Assembly: GCF_009914755.1 (NCBI RefSeq)
Contig: NC_060936.1
DNA: 64,000 nt
Direction: 5' to 3' (one strand)
Origin: the human T2T-CHM13v2.0 reference genome, Homo sapiens
In this document: positions 56,922-64,000 of the stretch, piece after piece
Position numbering within the stretch: the stretch's first letter is position 1
Layout: the number at the start of each line of letters is the position of its first letter
Made by a program: the position numbers and the translations under genes
Notes under the pieces: model-generated
Told to the model about the DNA's origin: nothing
The model's database searches: none
Seen by the model: the letters and a program-made list of their open reading frames with translations, nothing else

Positions 56922-57319
56922 TTATATGGTGGGGAAGGTTGAGTATCAAAAAAATAACAAAGAGGAATGAATGTCTTAAGTGAATGCCTGTTTCCCCATC
57001 TGCTTCCTCTTCTGCTGGGAGGAGAGACCTGGATCCCTAGAGGTTTCAGTTGCCTCCAGAGCTGAGTGCCACAGGGATGCAGGGGAATAGGGATGTTACC
57101 TGTCGCTGGTAATTCAGAGAGATGATTCAGGGTATAGTTACCTGAAAGAACAAATTGCCATGCCAGACGTCTTGGTTCTTATGACAGAGGCAAAGAGTTG
57201 CCTCCAGGATTGCCCAAAAGGAGACGAGTTCTGGGAACCTCACGAAGAGGACCTTTCAGTGGAACCTGGGGAGATTCTCTTCCTCTCCATTGGATTTAGG
57301 AAAGCTTAGAACCGGGTGA

Positions 57320-57532
<213 letters not shown>

Positions 57533-57732
57533 TGACAGCTCCTGCTGCCCCTCTAGGCCACAGCCTGTCCCTGTCTCCTAGCGCCCAGGGCTTGCTTTTA
57601 CCTACCCACTCCTAGCTCTTTAACTGTAGGAAGAATTTAATATCTGTTTGAGGCATAGAGCAACTGCATTGAGGGACATTTTGATCCCAAGGCATATTTC
57701 TCCTAGACCCTACAGCACTGCCATTGGCCATG

Positions 57733-57878
57733 GCCATGGCAACATGCTCAGTTAAAACAGCAAAGACTAAGTCAGCATTATCTCTGAGTCCACCAGAAGT
57801 TGTGCATTAAACAACTTCATCCTGGCTCTGCAGTTTCTCCTTATTCTTCATGATGTTTGCTTTGTAGCTGTTGACTGC
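57733..57878 (+). repeat. 146-bp ungapped duplicate of 59791-59936 (intron-12 3' end plus exon-13 start)
   Basis: Manual alignment: constant offset 2058, about 10 mismatches. Confidence 0.97.
57806..57811 (+). terminator. PTPN11: Candidate intronic polyadenylation signal ATTAAA for the exon-11 read-through (...HCR*) isoform
   Basis: In-frame TGA at 57533-57535, ATTAAA ~270 nt later, then a U/GU-rich tract at 57833-57865. Confidence 0.55.
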
Positions 57879-57992
57879 TTTGTAGGTATTGAGGTGGTGG
57901 GGGTGTGGTGGAAATAGGCCTGACTCTTGAGGATCCCTTAAGTCATTTTTGCTTGGTTCTCTTTTTCCTTCTTTTCTTCTACTCTTCTATGA

Positions 57993-58184
<192 letters not shown>

Positions 58185-58836
58185 TGACACTACGCCCGGC
58201 TAATTTTTGTATTTTAATAGAGACAAGGTTTTGTCATGTTGGCCAGGCTGGTCTCGAACCCTTGACCTCAGGTGATCCACCTGCCTTGTCCTTCCAAAGT
58301 GCTGGGATTACAGGTATGAGCTACCATGCCCGGCCCATTCTGTTCTCTTCTACCATAAATATATTTCTCCCCTAACACTATATTTGTTTGCTTCACAAGA
58401 TTCCAGCTGCTTTTCCACCAAGGCCTTTGATGGAAGCTGTGCTGTGACCTCTGTAATGAGTCTGTGGGCTGCTGATTCTCCAGTTTGGGCTTCATGATTA
58501 TACTGGGGAATATTGGGTTTCCTAAATCTCATTCATTTCTTGGGCAAGTAGATATATGTGAAAGTGTTTATTTGTCCAGTTGTTAAAGAAGCTACCATTT
58601 ATTGAGCCAGCCTCTGAGCACAATGTTTTTTGTTTTGTTTTGTTTTTAATTTTTAAAATTATTTACTTCTTCTATTTCAATAACTTTATTATTATTATTT
58701 TTTGAGACAGAGTCTCACTCTGTCACCCAGGCTAGAGTGCAATTGAGCGATCTTAGCTCACTGCAACCTCTGCTTTCTGGGTTCAAGCAATTCTCATGTC
58801 TCAGCCTCCCGAGTAGCTGGGATTACTGGTACGTGA

Positions 58837-59019
<183 letters not shown>

Positions 59020-59064
59020 TGATTCCTGTTTCATTCTGTCCAACCAGCACTCTGTATGGTATGT

Positions 59065-59195
59065 GCTGTTGTCCCCATTTCACAGATGCAGAAATTAAGG
59101 GTCAGAGAGGTTAAGGGACTTACCTCAGGCACGTTGTACTGGAGAAGCTGAACTCCAAGAGCAGGTTTGGGCTGACTCCAAAGCCCTATGCTTTT
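59065..59195. mobile_element. MIR fragment (similar fragments near 7240-7390, 9940-10100, 41270-41400, 56400-56540)
   Basis: ccccatttcacagatgcagaaattaagggtcagagaggttaagggacttacc MIR core. Confidence 0.75.
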
Positions 59196-59344
59196 TGCCA
59201 ACATATTTTCAAACATAAATAGACAATTTTATAAATAGCTCCAAAGAGTAGACATTGTTTCTGTTGATATTAATGGCTTGGTTTTGAGTCTGAAACCCCC
59301 ATGAATGATTCTGTTGTCCCTGCTTTTTGTCCTTCTGCCCGCAG

Positions 59345-59412
59345 TGCTGGAATTGGCCGGACAGGGACGTTCATTGTGATTGATATTCTTATTGACATCA
59401 TCAGAGAGAAAG
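59345..59412 (+). CDS. PTPN11: PTPN11 exon 12 ((S)[22 protein letters not shown]), rest of the P-loop with R465 and T468
   Basis: cgcag|TGCTGG...GAAAG|gtgggt; 68 nt; ORF 59301..59504. Confidence 0.98.
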
Positions 59413-59828
59413 GTGGGTCATCTGGTGGGCAAGAAGCGACAGTTTCTGTTTTTAGTTTATGGAAGGAAAGTGCTCACGAAAACAGTCTGGGGAAGAGAGG
59501 TTGAATGGGAAAATTCTTTCACAAAAATCTGGGCTGAAGACTTCAGTGTGTCTGCCTGAGAACAGAAGTGACACTATTTGAGCTTTTGGCATAAAATGAA
59601 GTCTAGGAGCTGCAGAACCCACTGCCATGGCCTTTTGTTGCATACACAGTGGTGGTCTCTATCCAGCCACCTGACCTTGTTTACAGTATGGGGTGATTTG
59701 TTGGCAAGTGAGGGAATCCTGACTTCTGCCACTTCGTTATTTATGTAGTCTTCTGGGATCATTGGTATTGGTCAGAAGTTCAACACTGTAGCCATTGCAA
59801 CATGCTCAGTTAAAACAGCAAAGACTAA

Positions 59829-60086
<258 letters not shown>

Positions 60087-61169
60087 TGAGGGCTGGCATG
60101 CGGATTCTCATTCTCTTGCTAGGCCTCTTGGATACGCTCTCCTTTTGAGCAGGAGGACAGGCTCTGATAGACAACTGTTTGATTTCGGAATGGGAAACAA
60201 ACTCCCAACTAAAAGGGCCTCTGGAAACTGTCAATTATTCTCCACTTCTCAGCTCTGATTTTTCACTGCAGAGGAGCTTAGGGAAGGGCACCATCCTATC
60301 AGCCTGGCCTGCCAGATTGAAGAACTGCCATGCAGAAAGGTTCTGATGTTCTCAGGCTCATGTGGCAAGCGTAAAACTCAAAGCCTTGAAGTTTCTAGCC
60401 TGTTCCAGCCTTGATCCAGGCCATGTTTATCCTGATTCCATCCTTTAAAACGAATGCCTCACTCTTAATAGCGCACGGCAGTTTGAACCACTAATTTGGT
60501 CGAGTTGGAAACAGTGAAATTTCAATTTTAATAAGCTGTGCATAATGAAGAGGAATGTGGAATTGGAGCCTTTCCATCTGAAGCTATTCATAACAGGCAC
60601 AAAGCTGAGTTAATTAGGAATATGCTGAGATGAAGGAAATGAGGAGAGCTGCTCTTTTGGGGGCTGTGCTTCTCTCCCCAACCCCTCAACCCCATTGCCA
60701 TGCTGCAGATGGGGTGGTGTCTAAACATCAGTGGCGAGTGCCTGCATTACTCTGCTCGTTGCCTTCCAGAGAACTCAGCTTCTCCAAATGCTGAGCTCTT
60801 TTCAGAATGGGACCTGCCACCAGTATTTGAAAGATTTCTAGCCTAGCAGAACAGCAGCCACGTTATCAAAGTTTGGTTGGCCAAAGGAAGGTACTTGCTA
60901 ATTAGTTTAGTAGGTTTTCAGTCCGCACAGACATACGGGATTGTTTTATTGTACATAGACATCTTCAGAAACAGTGTATGTATAGAAATGTAAGGTCAAA
61001 ATTTGAACCTCAGTGCTTTAAATCTGAATTTGTATTAACTGATATGAAATATTTAGACGGTTACTTTATTTTATATCTGTCTTCCATTATACTTAATTTG
61101 GCTCAAGAATAGTTAGGCAAAAAGTTGCCCAAAGAGAAGGATCTCCTAGTAAATACAAAGAGAATGTAA

Positions 61170-61421
<252 letters not shown>

Positions 61422-61511
61422 TAGTCTCGAATTCCTAGGCTCAAGCAGTGCTTCTGCCTCAGCCTCTCTGAGTAGTTAGGACTACAAATTTGTGGCTCCA
61501 TGCCCGGCTAA

Positions 61512-61637
<126 letters not shown>

Positions 61638-62738
61638 TGAGCCCAGTGACCTCTGGGTTTTAAAAATGTGTAGGCTTCAATTATTTATTTTAAAAAATGA
61701 AATCCTGCAATATATAGTTTTCTGCGTTGTGTGGTTTGAATCAATCTGGGAACTGGCTTGCTGGCTGATTGTGGTAAAGTAAGAAGTACTTAATTTAGTA
61801 GAAAGTTTAAATGGCAGACATAACATTAAACCCAGCTGATTTATAAATGAAGCAAAAGAACAAAACTCATTCAGGATAATTGGTTATTCTAAAATACAGT
61901 CATTTCTAAAATTATGAAGTGTTCAGGACCTTTGGGAGTGAAAGAATTTGCTAAAGAAGGATCAGTGAAAAAAAGGAATGATGGGTGAAGAGCTGTGGAG
62001 AAGGAAGAGAAGAAACAGCACAAGGAAGGAAGAATATAAAATCAGATGTGGGAATCCAGGGGAAAGTGCAAACGAAGCAAGATTGAGAAAATTCTCAAGT
62101 TTTTATAAACAGTTCTCACACTCTGCCAGTTCCTTGGAGGTAGACTTTTTTGTTAACTTCCAACTACAGTAGTGAAAAAAAAAAAAAAACCCTCAAATTT
62201 GCAAAAGCAGTCTGTGGAATTTTCTTTACCCAGCTTTCCTGACTGTTAACTTTTTAGCACACTTAACTTTATCATTCGTTTATTCTCTCTGTTTAAAATT
62301 AAAAATGTAAATTTTAAAAAGTAAAATGTTTGTTGGTTACAAACATTTATACCCCTTTGTCTCTAAATATCATTTCATTTTAAAAAATGAATAATCTAAG
62401 CCTACACATTCTAAAATGTGTATATTTTCTAAAAATAAGGGCATTCTCTTACATAACCAATGTCACAATTATTTGATACAGTGATCAAAATCAGGAAACT
62501 AACATTGATATAACACTATTATCTAACCTACAGACCATCTTCAAATTTTGTCCTGCTAGTATCTTTTATGGGTCCAGGGTCACACAGTGCATTTGGCTAT
62601 AATGTATCTTTTTTCTCTTTTTTTGAGACAGGGTCTCACTTTGTTGCCCAGGTTGGAGTGCAGTGGTGCAATTATGGCTCACGGCAGCCTTGACCTCCTT
62701 GGGCTCAGGTGATCCTCCCACCTCAGCCTCTCGAGTAG

Positions 62739-63050
<312 letters not shown>

Positions 63051-63371
63051 TGACTATATTCTAGTCATGCATTTTTGGCAGGACTGTCACAGAAATGTTG
63101 TTGTAGTCTTCTTAGTACATCACATCAGGTACACACTGTTGATCTGATTCATTACTAGTGGTGTTAACTTTGATCACTTGAATAAGGTGGTGTCTGTCAA
63201 ATTTGTCCACCGTAAAGTTACTTGAGCAAAACGTAGCTGGGACTACAGGCGTAGCAAAAAATGTAGCAAAAAGTAGTATTTTTGCTACATTTTTTTTTTA
63301 GGAACAAAGTATTTTTCCCTTTTAAGTTAATCTCTTGTCCATAAAGTTATTATTTTTCCCTTTTAAGTTAA

Positions 63372-63717
<346 letters not shown>

Positions 63718-64000
63718 TCTCATAATACTTTTTGCCTACTAATTTTATATTCATTGATTAAATTCTTGCCTGAAAAAATTATTACTGTGGTATTTGCCAA
63801 ATGGCAATTTTCTGTTTCCATCATTGCCTTTCCCCCGCTTTTAAAAGTATAAGTGACAAAGAAAAACTGTATATAAAGTGTACACCATGATATTTTGATA
63901 TATGTATACTTTGTGAAATGATTATCAAAATTGAGTTAAATAATGCATCCAACATCTCAGTTACTTTTTTTTTTTTTTGAGACAGAGTCTTGGTTTGTCA

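Overview
Primate (human-like) genomic DNA covering the middle of PTPN11 (SHP2 tyrosine phosphatase) on the + strand. The window runs from the 3' part of intron 1 through coding exons 2-13 (codons 5-533: N-SH2, C-SH2 and the PTP domain) into intron 13; exon 1 and the exons after 13 lie outside it. All 12 exons have GT-AG boundaries, join in frame and match the SHP2 protein as I recall it. The introns are very Alu-dense, with L1, L2, MIR, MaLR-LTR, Tigger and MER fossils plus microsatellites. Most ORFs in the track are Alu- or other repeat-derived, or short chance frames. I found no new protein-coding system. Best leads: (1) a 146-bp, ~93%-identical copy of the intron-12 3' end/exon-13 acceptor inside intron 11, carrying an ATTAAA downstream of an in-frame read-through stop and a decoy acceptor, with the two copies bracketing the P-loop exon 12; (2) a TG-type alternative acceptor giving the ALLQ insert; (3) a NAGNAG acceptor at exon 3; (4) a candidate recursive splice site in intron 1; (5) several locally templated insertions, fold-backs and unusually long Alu-flanking duplications that look like DNA-repair scars. 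Repeat family names and boundaries are by eye and approximate.
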